A stretch of 64,000 nucleotides of DNA, from contig OZ241986.1 of NCBI GenBank assembly GCA_965204375.1, positions 4,704,001-4,768,000 on the forward strand, written 5' to 3'. The notes under the pieces are model-generated. The model did not search any database. It was not told the origin of the DNA and worked only from the letters and a program-made list of their open reading frames with translations. This DNA comes from Candidatus Latescibacterota bacterium (GTDB lineage: Bacteria > Latescibacterota > UBA2968). This document shows positions 1 to 8,864 of the stretch, piece by piece (the stretch's first letter is position 1; each line of letters begins with the position of its first letter). The position numbers and the translations under genes were made by a program.

Positions 1-1
1 A

Positions 2-2140
2 TAGCCCCAGACACGCTACGAAGATCGCGATGACAAATGCCGCGCGGAATATTTGCCCCGTGCGCTGGTCGTCCCGATACCAGCGTTCCAACTGGTCAGA
101 CGCAAAGGCGATTTCGGGCGAGCGGGTGGGAAGAAATTGCGACCAGGTGCGTTGTAGAAATGCCATTGTTTCGGGTGAAGGTCGAATCCGCATGGAGAGG
201 TGGCTGAGGCGATACCACGCGGCTGTGATGACCAGCGGTTCGATGGTTTCGTAGAGGGGTCGATAGTGAAAGTCTTTGACCACGCCGATTACATGTCCTT
301 TTCGGACGTGTGAGTTTAACACTTTTCCTATGGGGTCTGTCCAGCCAAATACTTTTGCTGCGGTTTCGTTTATGACGAATAATTCGCCGGGTTTGCTGCG
401 TCTTTCCCACGCCCGTTCTGCATACGTGCGGTCGTAATTTCGTCCGGATAGCAGGGGTATATCGTAGCAGTCTATAAATGCTTCGTCTGCGCCAAATACC
501 CGCACTTCAACGCCCCGGTCTGGGTCGCCATCTGGGAAGAACCACTCGCGGTTGGGCCAGCTATTTCCCGGCAAATGCGATGTTGCCGATACGGTTGTGA
601 TGTTCGGGTGTTGTGCGAATGCGTCTTTTATCTGAAGATACCGCTTTTGCAACTGTCCGCCATTGTTTTGATATCGGTCTTGACGGAAGATTGAGGCGAC
701 GGCGACTTCATCTTTGTTAAATCCCAGATCTTTTTCCCGGATCAATTGCATCTGTTCGGCTACAATGATGGTTCCGATGATTAATATAATCGAGATGACA
801 AATTGCAATACGACGAGTCCTTTTCGCACGCGGGCTTGCGCTGATCCGGCTTTGATTGATCCGCCTTTCAATACGGTTGCGGGTTCGAAGGCAGAGAGGT
901 AGAGTGCGGGATAGCTTCCCGATAATAACCCGACGAACAGGGTGATTCCCAGGATCCAGAGGGACAATCCGCTGTTCATGGTCAGGTTTTCCTGCACAAA
1001 TGCGCTGAACGGGGGCAGTACGAGATATACCAGTCCGAGGGCTATACATGCGGATAGGGCGGATAATAGGAGGGATTCACCAAGGAATTGCTTTATGAGA
1101 TGCGAACGATACGCGCCCACGACTTTCCGTAGTCCCACTTCTTTCGCGCGGCTGGCAGATCGGGCTGTGGAGAGGTTCATGAAGTTGATGCAGGCTATTG
1201 TGAGGATAAAGAAGCCCACGAGTCCCAGCAGATAGATTTGCTGTATGTTTTTGTAGGGTCTTCCCGCGTCGCCCGTAAATCCGGGCATATCGATTTTGGA
1301 ATACAGGTGCATGCGCGATACGGGATGGAGATAATAGCGCACGGTTTCGCTTTCGTCTTCTGCGATTTCCGCGTAGCGTTCGACCATTTCTGCCAATTTG
1401 GAGGCGATGTCTTCGGGATTGGCTCTGGGTTTCAGGCGCAGATATGTGTTTGCCGGGCGCGAATACGCTGGCGACAACCAGTGATCCCACGATCTGCGCT
1501 GGCGAACACCCTGTGGCATGGTGGCGGTGATGAAGTCATATTGAAACCGGGAGTTGTCGGGTGCTTGTCGAATGACGCCCGTGATTTGATATGTGCCGCC
1601 AAACAGGTTGTGATCTACGGTGATTGTTTTGCCAACTGGATCATCGGTCCCAAAAAATTTCCGGGCGATGGGTTCTGTTATGACGACGGAGAATGGGTCC
1701 TGTAATACGGTTTGAGGATCGCCTGTCAATATGTCGATGCCGAAGAATGCGAATACGTTGGGGTCGCTTAGCCAGAACATCTGTTGAAACGATTTTTCCC
1801 CGGCGGTTATCCATCTGAGTCCGGCCCAAAAGCGTGTGGCGTCTTCTATTTGTGGAAATTCTTCGGTCAGTACGGTTGCCAGTGGTCCCTGTTGCCCCGT
1901 ATGCCACGCGATCCGCCCGTTTGCATGGCGGGTTTGTTTCATGACGCGATAGGTGCGCGCGACTTCTGGACGAAACCGGTCGTAGCTCAGTTCATAGGAG
2001 ATGTATATCGCGAGCAATACCGCACACGCCATTCCAAGTGCCAGTCCGGACAGGTTGATCAAGGAGTAGCCCGGATGTCTCAATAGGTTGCGAATGGCAA
2101 TGGTGAGGTAGTTTTTACTGAGGTAGAGGGTTTGTTTCAT
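2..2140 (-). CDS. ABC transporter permease, MacB/FtsX duplicated type (3' end runs off the left edge)
   Basis: Not in the ORF track because there is no stop in the window. Manual translation from ATG at 2140 gives MKQTLYLSKNYLTIAIRNLLRHPGYSLINLSGLALGMACAVLLAIYISYELSYDRF..., later INFMNLSTARSASRAKEVGLRKVVGA, matching the other permeases in the window. Confidence 0.9.
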   Translation of the reverse strand, partial: MKQTLYLSKNYLTIAIRNLLRHPGYSLINLSGLALGMACAVLLAIYISYELSYDRFRPEVARTYRVMKQTRHANGRIAWHTGQQGPLATVLTEEFPQIEDATRFWAGLRWITAGEKSFQQMFWLSDPNVFAFFGIDILTGDPQTVLQDPFSVVITEPIARKFFGTDDPVGKTITVDHNLFGGTYQITGVIRQAPDNSRFQYDFITATMPQGVRQRRSWDHWLSPAYSRPANTYLRLKPRANPEDIASKLAEMVERYAEIAEDESETVRYYLHPVSRMHLYSKIDMPGFTGDAGRPYKNIQQIYLLGLVGFFILTIACINFMNLSTARSASRAKEVGLRKVVGAYRSHLIKQFLGESLLLSALSACIALGLVYLVLPPFSAFVQENLTMNSGLSLWILGITLFVGLLSGSYPALYLSAFEPATVLKGGSIKAGSAQARVRKGLVVLQFVISIILIIGTIIVAEQMQLIREKDLGFNKDEVAVASIFRQDRYQNNGGQLQKRYLQIKDAFAQHPNITTVSATSHLPGNSWPNREWFFPDGDPDRGVEVRVFGADEAFIDCYDIPLLSGRNYDRTYAERAWERRSKPGELFVINETAAKVFGWTDPIGKVLNSHVRKGHVIGVVKDFHYRPLYETIEPLVITAAWYRLSHLSMRIRPSPETMAFLQRTWSQFLPTRSPEIAFASDQLERWYRDDQRTGQIFRAAFVIAIFVACLGL

Positions 2141-2174
2141 GGGATATAGGTATAAAGGGAGAAGAGAGGATCCT

Positions 2175-2233
2175 GTCATCGCGGCATGCTCCCTGCTTAA
2201 ACCATGCAGGGACATGCTTTAGCCGCAATCCAG
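2175..2233. repeat. REP-like nested palindrome, copy 1
   Basis: GTCATCGCGGCATGCTCCCTGCTTAAACCATGCAGGGACATGCTTTAGCCGCAATCCAG, closely similar to 25087-25146; intergenic. Confidence 0.8.
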
Positions 2234-2284
2234 AAGGTTTTGAGCTGTTCCGCGCAGCACAACGTATTAATCCAGTTCTTTTTC

Positions 2285-2313
2285 ATCATACTCAGAGTCT
2301 TTCATTCGTTCAA
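2285..2313 (-). promoter_or_regulatory. sigma70-type promoter, copy 1 of a duplicated ~50-bp block
   Basis: Minus strand TTGAAC-N17-TATGAT pointing at the permease start (2140); the block is repeated at 4949-5000. Confidence 0.6.
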
Positions 2314-2610
2314 GGGTTTTTTCGTTGAATTGCTGACACTGCTATGTATGAATGACCCGCCTTCACACACCGCTTCAGACCCCATACGGATCATTGTACA
2401 TGGTTTTGAGTTGCGGCAGATTGTGGTTTACTGTATTCTTTCCACGATTCCCCGCCTGTCGTTAAACTTTTTTCAGACAGGTGATTAACATTTGAATAGC
2501 TGTCGCATCCTGTATTAAAGCACTTCCCGTGTAGATTTATTACGGGATGATAGGGATGATGTTGTTGTACACCACTACGGGGATGCTGCGCGTGATAGAG
2601 AGGTATCAGT

Positions 2611-4044
2611 ATGAGAATACGATTAAAAAATCTTGGCATCTTAAAGCATGCGGAATTTTCGCCGGGTACTTTGACCATTATCTGTGGTGAAAATAATACC
2701 GGCAAAACATATATGGCTTATGCACTCTACGGTTTCTTGCGGTCCTGGCGTGAACTTGTGGATTTTTCGATTAGTGAAGCTCAGATACAAAGGTTGCTTA
2801 CAGATGGTGTTCTCCATATCGATTTATCACAATATGTGAAAACAGCAAATCAAATTCTTGCGGAGGCATGTAAGAAGTATAGGGATAAACTGGATGAAGT
2901 TTTTGCGGCAACAGAAGGTCGGTTTCGTAACAGTGAATTTTACATTGAGGTAGAAATTCCCGATATACTCAATATGAAATATGAACGCGAAATGATGTCC
3001 ACTCATAGTGATAATTGGGAGCCTGATGGTGAATGGCACTTTGGTTGTATAAAGAAAAAAGGGACTGAAGAGGTAATATTCACTTTGCTGGCAAAAAACA
3101 AAAGGCTGAGAAGGGAAATGCTTTACCATACGGCAAACAGATTTATTCATAATAGGATCAGTGATATTATTTTTTGTGAATCTCCTCCTTTTCCCATTCT
3201 TCCTTTTCCCTTTATCACTTCAGCCGAGCGTACGGGTGTGGCTATTTTTCGGAGAGATCTAAATTTTGCTCGCAACCGCCTGCTTGACGAGATGGTGCAG
3301 GCGGACAAAGTGGCTGATTCTCGGGACTTGCTGTCCAAAGGGTACCAAAATTACCCTTCGCCAATAGAAGCCAATGTAGAATTTATAGGCCAACTTGAAT
3401 ACATTTCAAAAAGAAAAAGCTTTATCGCCAAAGAACATCCTGATGTATTGGAAGAATTTGCGGATATTGTCGGTGGCGATTACACCATAACACAAAATGA
3501 CCAGCTATATTATATCCCCAGAGGGAGGACAAAGGTCAAGTTGACGATGGATCAAAGCTCAAGCGCTGTGCGTTCGCTGCTGGATATGGGTTTTTATCTG
3601 CGCTATGTCGCCCATAAGGGGGACTTGCTTATGGTGGATGAGCCGGAATTAAACCTTCATCCGGCAAACCAACGCCGCATTGCTAGACTTTTTGCGCGTT
3701 TGGTGAATTTGGGGATTAAAGTCTTTGTAACGACCCATAGCGATTACATTGTCAAAGAGCTGAATACGCTTATCATGCTTAATCACGATAAGCCGCACTT
3801 AAAAAGAATAGCGAAAGAAAACGGGTATCGGGATGAGGAGTTGATCCGTTCAGATCAGGTTAAAGTATATATGGCAAAAAAAGATTTAATCCCATTAGAA
3901 GAAGGGCAAAAGAGGCGCAGAAGAGGTCATACGCTTGTGGAGGCTGATATTAGTCCAGAACTTGGCATTGAAGCCCGTAGCTTTGACGAGACTATTGATG
4001 ACATGAACAGGATTTTGGAAGATATCGTGTGGGGTGCGGAGTAA
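2611..4044 (+). CDS. ABC-type AAA ATPase (AAA_15/AAA_21-like, defence-associated class)
   Basis: Walker A GENNTGKT, degenerate signature SSSAVRSL, Walker B/D-loop VDEPELNLHP, H-loop TTHS; no membrane domain. Confidence 0.85.
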   Translation: MRIRLKNLGILKHAEFSPGTLTIICGENNTGKTYMAYALYGFLRSWRELVDFSISEAQIQRLLTDGVLHIDLSQYVKTANQILAEACKKYRDKLDEVFAATEGRFRNSEFYIEVEIPDILNMKYEREMMSTHSDNWEPDGEWHFGCIKKKGTEEVIFTLLAKNKRLRREMLYHTANRFIHNRISDIIFCESPPFPILPFPFITSAERTGVAIFRRDLNFARNRLLDEMVQADKVADSRDLLSKGYQNYPSPIEANVEFIGQLEYISKRKSFIAKEHPDVLEEFADIVGGDYTITQNDQLYYIPRGRTKVKLTMDQSSSAVRSLLDMGFYLRYVAHKGDLLMVDEPELNLHPANQRRIARLFARLVNLGIKVFVTTHSDYIVKELNTLIMLNHDKPHLKRIAKENGYRDEELIRSDQVKVYMAKKDLIPLEEGQKRRRRGHTLVEADISPELGIEARSFDETIDDMNRILEDIVWGAE

Positions 4045-4048
4045 GGTC

Positions 4049-4102
4049 GTGAATGATATAGAAATATTACAGGAGATGCTCATCTCTCTTTTCGCAAGTT
4101 GA
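4049..4102 (+). pseudogene. probable truncated 5' stub of the ATPase partner gene (MNDIEILQEMLISLFAS*)
   Basis: GTG 4 nt after the ATPase stop, 17 codons, then an abrupt switch into the AT-rich convergent region. Confidence 0.4.
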
Positions 4103-4182
4103 TTTTTGAGGCATCCTGATAACACTAAATCCGAACTTTCCTCAATCGCCGCACGAATTAATTATACGAAATCTCGAATACA

Positions 4183-4854
4183 TCACATTGTATTCATACG
4201 AATAACTTTACGACGACGCACTTCAACCTTTGTGATATTTTTTAACGTCCATTCTTCTGGCTCGCCTCCTCGTTGGCCGTACCGTGCAGAAAAATGTATA
4301 ACATCTCCTTCAGTAATATACTCAGCCCATTTTCCTTTACTCACGGATGTATAAGTACATGTAATAGCTTCTCCAAATGTACCATAATGAAATAGTACTC
4401 GTGTATTTGATACTTCTCCGCACTTATCACAAACTAAAAACACATCGGATAAACTTACCATTTCCAATTCTTCTGGTCCTTTAAACCAATAATTTGGTTC
4501 TTTGTAAATTTTTTCAACTGTGGCACAAAAGCGTTGTCTGGACATCTTTTTTGTCCTCACAACAGGATAAAATGATAATACAGGAAAATTTTCACTGTGC
4601 TGTACCAATTCTAAATTTTTCCTGTGTATCCTCGTATGTTCGGACAAAATATCCAATGCTTCTTTTTCACCCCAAAGACCCTCTATATCTACCAGCCATC
4701 TTTCAGGCAACAATCCGTCAACCACAGGATAAAAACCAAGTTTTTCTGGTTCTTTTTCGACATGTCCTAAATATTTACCCGTCGTATTATCTCTTAATCC
4801 ATACACACCAGATTCAAACCTTGAACCTGGAAAAGAAAATGTTTTTTTGCTCAT
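4183..4854 (-). CDS. hypothetical protein, AT-rich, with a CxxC motif
   Basis: 223-aa ORF, RBS-like GAGGG upstream, own promoter at 4956-4984; no family recognised. Confidence 0.65.
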   Translation of the reverse strand: MSKKTFSFPGSRFESGVYGLRDNTTGKYLGHVEKEPEKLGFYPVVDGLLPERWLVDIEGLWGEKEALDILSEHTRIHRKNLELVQHSENFPVLSFYPVVRTKKMSRQRFCATVEKIYKEPNYWFKGPEELEMVSLSDVFLVCDKCGEVSNTRVLFHYGTFGEAITCTYTSVSKGKWAEYITEGDVIHFSARYGQRGGEPEEWTLKNITKVEVRRRKVIRMNTM

Positions 4855-4955
4855 GTGAGACCCTCAATATGTAGCAAACATCAAATCCTACCCACTTCCC
4901 ACACTTTCCATCTTACCCGAACACACCGGACGTTTTGTATATAATTTCCTTTTTC

Positions 4956-4984
4956 ATCATACTCAGAGTTTTATATTCCTTCAA
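4956..4984 (-). promoter_or_regulatory. sigma70-type promoter, copy 2 of the duplicated block
   Basis: Minus strand TTGAAG-N17-TATGAT; 21 bp (4949-4969) are identical to 2278-2298. Confidence 0.6.
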
Positions 4985-5026
4985 GAGTTTTTTTGTCGAA
5001 CGGTATAAGGACGAAGGAGCAACCCG

Positions 5027-6343
5027 ATGCGATATGGTAGTCCGATTTTATACAAGCGCGTGGAGATTCCGCCTGAGTTCTGCGTTACGGCAGAGGAGGG
5101 TACTTATGGCGGCGATATTCGGATGGGCGACCTCGAGGGAAAGGGGCGGGCGGATTTTCTGGTGTACCGATCGGTTGACGATGCCCATGACGGCGGGGGC
5201 ATGAAGCCGTGTTTTCTCGGTGCGTTTACCGCGGATGGTGAGGTTTTGTGGCGGGTGGGAGAGGGTGGCGTCCAGCCCAGCAGACCCGGTCCTGTCGCTA
5301 TTTGCGATATTGATGGCGATGGCTCTGAGGAGATTATTTGTTTTTTCATTGATCCTGCGGTTGAGGCCGATCCCGATTCGATGGCAAATGTGGTCGTTCA
5401 GATTCGGGATGGGGCGACTGGCGATCTCAAGAAGCAGGCAAGTCCCGCAGAGTTGCGGTCGTGTCGGGGACGGGGGGCGAATTGGGTGCATCAGCGTATT
5501 ATGATTGCCAATTTCCGCGGGACCGATACGCCTCGAGATTTTGTGATTAAGCTCGGGGGCAAGGTCATTGCTTTTGATGAGAATCTTCAGGTTTTGTGGA
5601 CCTATGAAACCAGGTGGACAGAGTATAGCCGATGCCCGGCGTACATTCCCTCGGTTGGAGATATTGACGGCGATGGCAAGGATGAGGTGAATGGCGGGTA
5701 TTTTTTATTAGATTACGATGGGACAGTGCTTTGGGAAGAGCAACTTGGATGGAATATGGATTCGGTGACGATCGCGGAGTGGGATAATGGTCAGGTGCGT
5801 GCCATCTGCTCTGGCTTTGGGCATGTGATGGACGGTTGCGGAAATGTGGTTCTGCGTCTCGGCGAGGAGAAGGTTCCCCACGGTCAAGAGGTGAGAGTAG
5901 CGCGGTTTAGCGCGTGCGATCCGTCTCCCCAGATGGTGATTCGATATCAGGGGCATAATACGGATGTCATGGTGGTGGATACAAAGGGGAACTGTCTCAA
6001 CGATTTCCGACTCAATCCTTCGCCCAATAATACGGGTATGGAGGTCGTGTACTGGAATGGATCGGACGCGCCTGCGCTTCTGTACAATGGTGGGATGCTA
6101 TGGCTGCCTCTTGAGGGGACTTCTATCTCACTGCCGGGGCTTCCAGATCCCGAACCCGTTGGACGCATGGCGTGGTATCACTGCATTCCGGCAGATGTGT
6201 GCGGAGATGAACGGGAAGAGGTGGTTCTGTACAATCCGTGGGATACTGCTATCTATATCTATACCCCGCATCCCCTGGACGAGAGTCTGTATCAGGGATA
6301 CCGGCCCTCTGCGAGACAATACAATGTGAGATTGATGGATTAA
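5027..6343 (+). CDS. FG-GAP/beta-propeller protein, rhamnogalacturonan lyase (PL11)-like
   Basis: Repeated DxDGDG Ca-binding motifs (CDIDGDGSEE, GDIDGDGKDE, ADVCGDEREEV); C-terminal YNVRLMD; AAGGAG RBS. Confidence 0.7.
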   Translation: MRYGSPILYKRVEIPPEFCVTAEEGTYGGDIRMGDLEGKGRADFLVYRSVDDAHDGGGMKPCFLGAFTADGEVLWRVGEGGVQPSRPGPVAICDIDGDGSEEIICFFIDPAVEADPDSMANVVVQIRDGATGDLKKQASPAELRSCRGRGANWVHQRIMIANFRGTDTPRDFVIKLGGKVIAFDENLQVLWTYETRWTEYSRCPAYIPSVGDIDGDGKDEVNGGYFLLDYDGTVLWEEQLGWNMDSVTIAEWDNGQVRAICSGFGHVMDGCGNVVLRLGEEKVPHGQEVRVARFSACDPSPQMVIRYQGHNTDVMVVDTKGNCLNDFRLNPSPNNTGMEVVYWNGSDAPALLYNGGMLWLPLEGTSISLPGLPDPEPVGRMAWYHCIPADVCGDEREEVVLYNPWDTAIYIYTPHPLDESLYQGYRPSARQYNVRLMD

Positions 6344-6434
6344 GGGCAGCACTCGGCAAGAATCTATCTGGTTAATATTGCCATTTGGAGTTATATTTTC
6401 AGTCAGCAGAGCATTCATACAAGGGGCCGCACAA

Positions 6435-6623
6435 ATGGCTGATTTACTTGAACAGGTAGTCGCAGAGATCCAGAAATTGCCGCAAGACCAGCGGGATGCC
6501 ATTGCCGCACGTATTCTAACGGACCTGAAAGATGATCAGGCCTGGACAGAACGTTTTGAAGCCACAACTGATGAGCAGTGGGATCGTTTGGCTGAAGTAG
6601 CAAGAAGGGAAATTAAAGTGTAG
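6435..6623 (+). CDS. small putative antitoxin, orphan
   Basis: MADLLEQVVAEIQKLPQDQRDAIAARILTDLKDDQAWTERF pattern typical of small antitoxins that precede RelE-like toxins; no toxin follows. Confidence 0.55.
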   Translation: MADLLEQVVAEIQKLPQDQRDAIAARILTDLKDDQAWTERFEATTDEQWDRLAEVARREIKV

Positions 6624-6653
6624 CGAAAGGTGTAATAGGACCTTATTTTTGTG

Positions 6654-6688
6654 AAGCCCAACGGACTCTTTCAAATCGTTGGGCTTTT
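6654..6688. terminator. bidirectional hairpin terminator between convergent small genes
   Basis: AAGCCCAACG...CGTTGGGCTT stem followed by T residues. Confidence 0.6.
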
Positions 6689-6729
6689 CCTATCTTCAGG
6701 AGGAGGTGGCAACATGAGTAAAACGATTT

Positions 6730-6993
6730 TCATGCACACTGCTTATGGAGGTGGGCAAGTAGGCTCTCTGTCGTTTCAAATGCACTGGAAGATCGGTCCT
6801 CTCGCTCGTCTTGCTCAGCTTCCCGCTCGCCTTTCTGCCATGACTCCAGCCACCAGTACTTCTGCTCTGAATCGATGAGACCTGCTTTAGCAGCCCTGTT
6901 GGCCTCTGCCTCGGTTAATCCTTTGGAATTAAGCATGTCCTCGTTGATGGTCTTGATCTTGTCTTTTGCCCGCGCGAGAATCCGCTGTGGCAT
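6730..6993 (-). pseudogene. AbrB/MazE-family antitoxin lacking its N-terminal DNA-binding domain
   Basis: C-terminal QKYWWLESWQKGEREAEQD matches the W-rich tail of AbrB-type antitoxins; AGGAG RBS; its stop overlaps an ATG (MKIVLL...) that dies after ~19 codons. Confidence 0.5.
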
Positions 6994-7134
6994 TCCGCGT
7001 CTCCTATTTTGTCATTACAAGTGAAGATAATCCTGAACATGGAATAAAATTAAAAGCCCCAAAAAGGTCAATGGTTTGCTGACAGGCAAAACCAAATGCG
7101 GTACTGGTGCAAGTTATTTATTGCGCTACTGGTC

Positions 7135-7166
7135 ACTATTTGTCAACAAAGTTGTTGACAAATAGT
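7135..7166. terminator. near-perfect palindrome (15-bp arms, 2-nt loop) downstream of the acetolactate synthase gene
   Basis: ACTATTTGTCAACAA-AG-TTGTTGACAAATAGT. Confidence 0.55.
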
Positions 7167-7193
7167 AGTAAAAACAACGAGAAAGCACTAACA

Positions 7194-8849
7194 TCATAAT
7201 AAACAAGTTTTTGCTTGTAGTTCATCTACGAGCACTTTCTGGTTTTCAGAGTAATCCACAGGTATTTCGACGAGGTGTACGCCGCCTTTGGCATAACATT
7301 TCTCCAGCAGGGGTACGGTCATTTCTGTGGATTTCACGCGGTGCCCATGCGCGCCGTAGCTGTTGGCGTACATGACAAAATCCGGGTTGTCGAATTCCAG
7401 TCCAAAATCGGGAAGCCCCATCCCGTATTGTTTCCAGCGGATCATGCCGTAGGCATTGTCCCTCAAGATCAAGACGACGAGATTGAGGTTGAGTCTTACG
7501 GCTGTTTCCAATTCCTGGCTGTTCATCATAAAACCACCGTCGCCACAAATCGCCATGACCCGCCGGTTGGGATAAAACCGCGCGGCTTCCATTGCCGAGG
7601 GCAGGCCCGCGCCCATGGTGGCAAGGGCGTTGTCCAGCAACACGGTGTTGGGCTGTGTGGTTGGGTAGTTGCGCGCAAACCAGATTTTGTACACGCCGTT
7701 ATCCAGCGCGATGATGCCGTCTTCAGGCAGGACTTTGCGGACGTCCCAGACGAGGCGCTGTGGTTTTACTGGATAGCTGTTGTCGTCCTCTCCCAGATGA
7801 ATGTGTTCCTGGATCTGGTCGCGGATGCGCATGTAATAGTCAAAGTCGTGCGAGGCTGTTTTGCCGGTTTTGTCGGCGAGGCGCTGGATCGTATTTGCAA
7901 TGTCGCCTACTACTTCCAGTTGTGGAAAATAGACATTATCCACCACTGCCGATTGGAAGTTGATGTGGATGACCCGGGTTGCCCCTTCTTCGTGTGACAT
8001 GAAAAATGGAGGTTTTTCCACGACATCGTGTCCGACGTTTATGATCAAATCGGCGCGTTCAATGGCGCAGTGGAGATAGTCGCCATCGGATAGTGCTGCG
8101 GTGCCCAAAAACAGGGGGTGGAGCCCGCCAACGACGCCTTTGCCCAATTGGGTGTTGAAAAAGGGAATGCCGGTTTTGTCGAGGAAGTGCGCCACGGATT
8201 CCCAGATGCGCTTGCGGTTGGTGCCCGCGCCCAGGAGGAGCAAGGGCCGCGTGGCTTCTTTGATCATTTTTACAGCGTCGTCAATGGCGCGTTCATTGGC
8301 GTCGCCGCGCCTGCATGTGCTGATGTTAAAGACCGGCGTGGTGTGTTCGTCAACGGGTTCTTCGGCGACATCTTCCGGCAGTTCCAGATGTACGGCACCG
8401 GGGCGCTCTTCTTGTGCCAGGCGAAATGCCTCCCGCACCATGGAGGGGATCATATCTACGTTGACGATTTGTCGGGTGTATTTTGTGAGGGGTTCCATCA
8501 TGCTCACGATGTCGATGATCTGAAATTGGCCCTGTTTGCTCTTTTTGATGGGTTTTTGTCCCGTGATCATGAGCAGGGGCATGCCGCCCAGTTGGGCATA
8601 GGCCGCACCTGTCACAAAATTGGTTGCGCCGGGACCGAGCGTGGCGAGGCAGACGCCGGCTTTGCCCGTGAGGCGTCCATAGGTCGCAGCCATGAACGCA
8701 GCTCCTTGCTCATGCCGCGTCAGGATGAGTTTGATGCTCGATTTGCGAAGGGCTTCCAGAAAGGCGAGGTTTTCTTCTCCGGGTACACCGTAGATATATC
8801 CCACGCCTTCATTTTCCAGGGCTTTGACAAATAGGTCCGAAGCGTTCAT
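7194..8849 (-). CDS. ilvB: acetolactate synthase large subunit (ThDP enzyme)
   Basis: GVPGEEN, RHEQGAAFMA, LGPGATN and ThDP motif GDGGFMMNSQELETA...DNAYGMI. Confidence 0.85.
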   Translation of the reverse strand: MNASDLFVKALENEGVGYIYGVPGEENLAFLEALRKSSIKLILTRHEQGAAFMAATYGRLTGKAGVCLATLGPGATNFVTGAAYAQLGGMPLLMITGQKPIKKSKQGQFQIIDIVSMMEPLTKYTRQIVNVDMIPSMVREAFRLAQEERPGAVHLELPEDVAEEPVDEHTTPVFNISTCRRGDANERAIDDAVKMIKEATRPLLLLGAGTNRKRIWESVAHFLDKTGIPFFNTQLGKGVVGGLHPLFLGTAALSDGDYLHCAIERADLIINVGHDVVEKPPFFMSHEEGATRVIHINFQSAVVDNVYFPQLEVVGDIANTIQRLADKTGKTASHDFDYYMRIRDQIQEHIHLGEDDNSYPVKPQRLVWDVRKVLPEDGIIALDNGVYKIWFARNYPTTQPNTVLLDNALATMGAGLPSAMEAARFYPNRRVMAICGDGGFMMNSQELETAVRLNLNLVVLILRDNAYGMIRWKQYGMGLPDFGLEFDNPDFVMYANSYGAHGHRVKSTEMTVPLLEKCYAKGGVHLVEIPVDYSENQKVLVDELQAKTCLL

Positions 8850-8864
8850 CGCTTTCTCCGTTTA

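Noticed and set aside
96-2086. Several short track ORFs suggesting a fragmented gene
   Set aside because: They are off-frame or antisense shadows of one continuous permease frame that lacks a stop inside the window.
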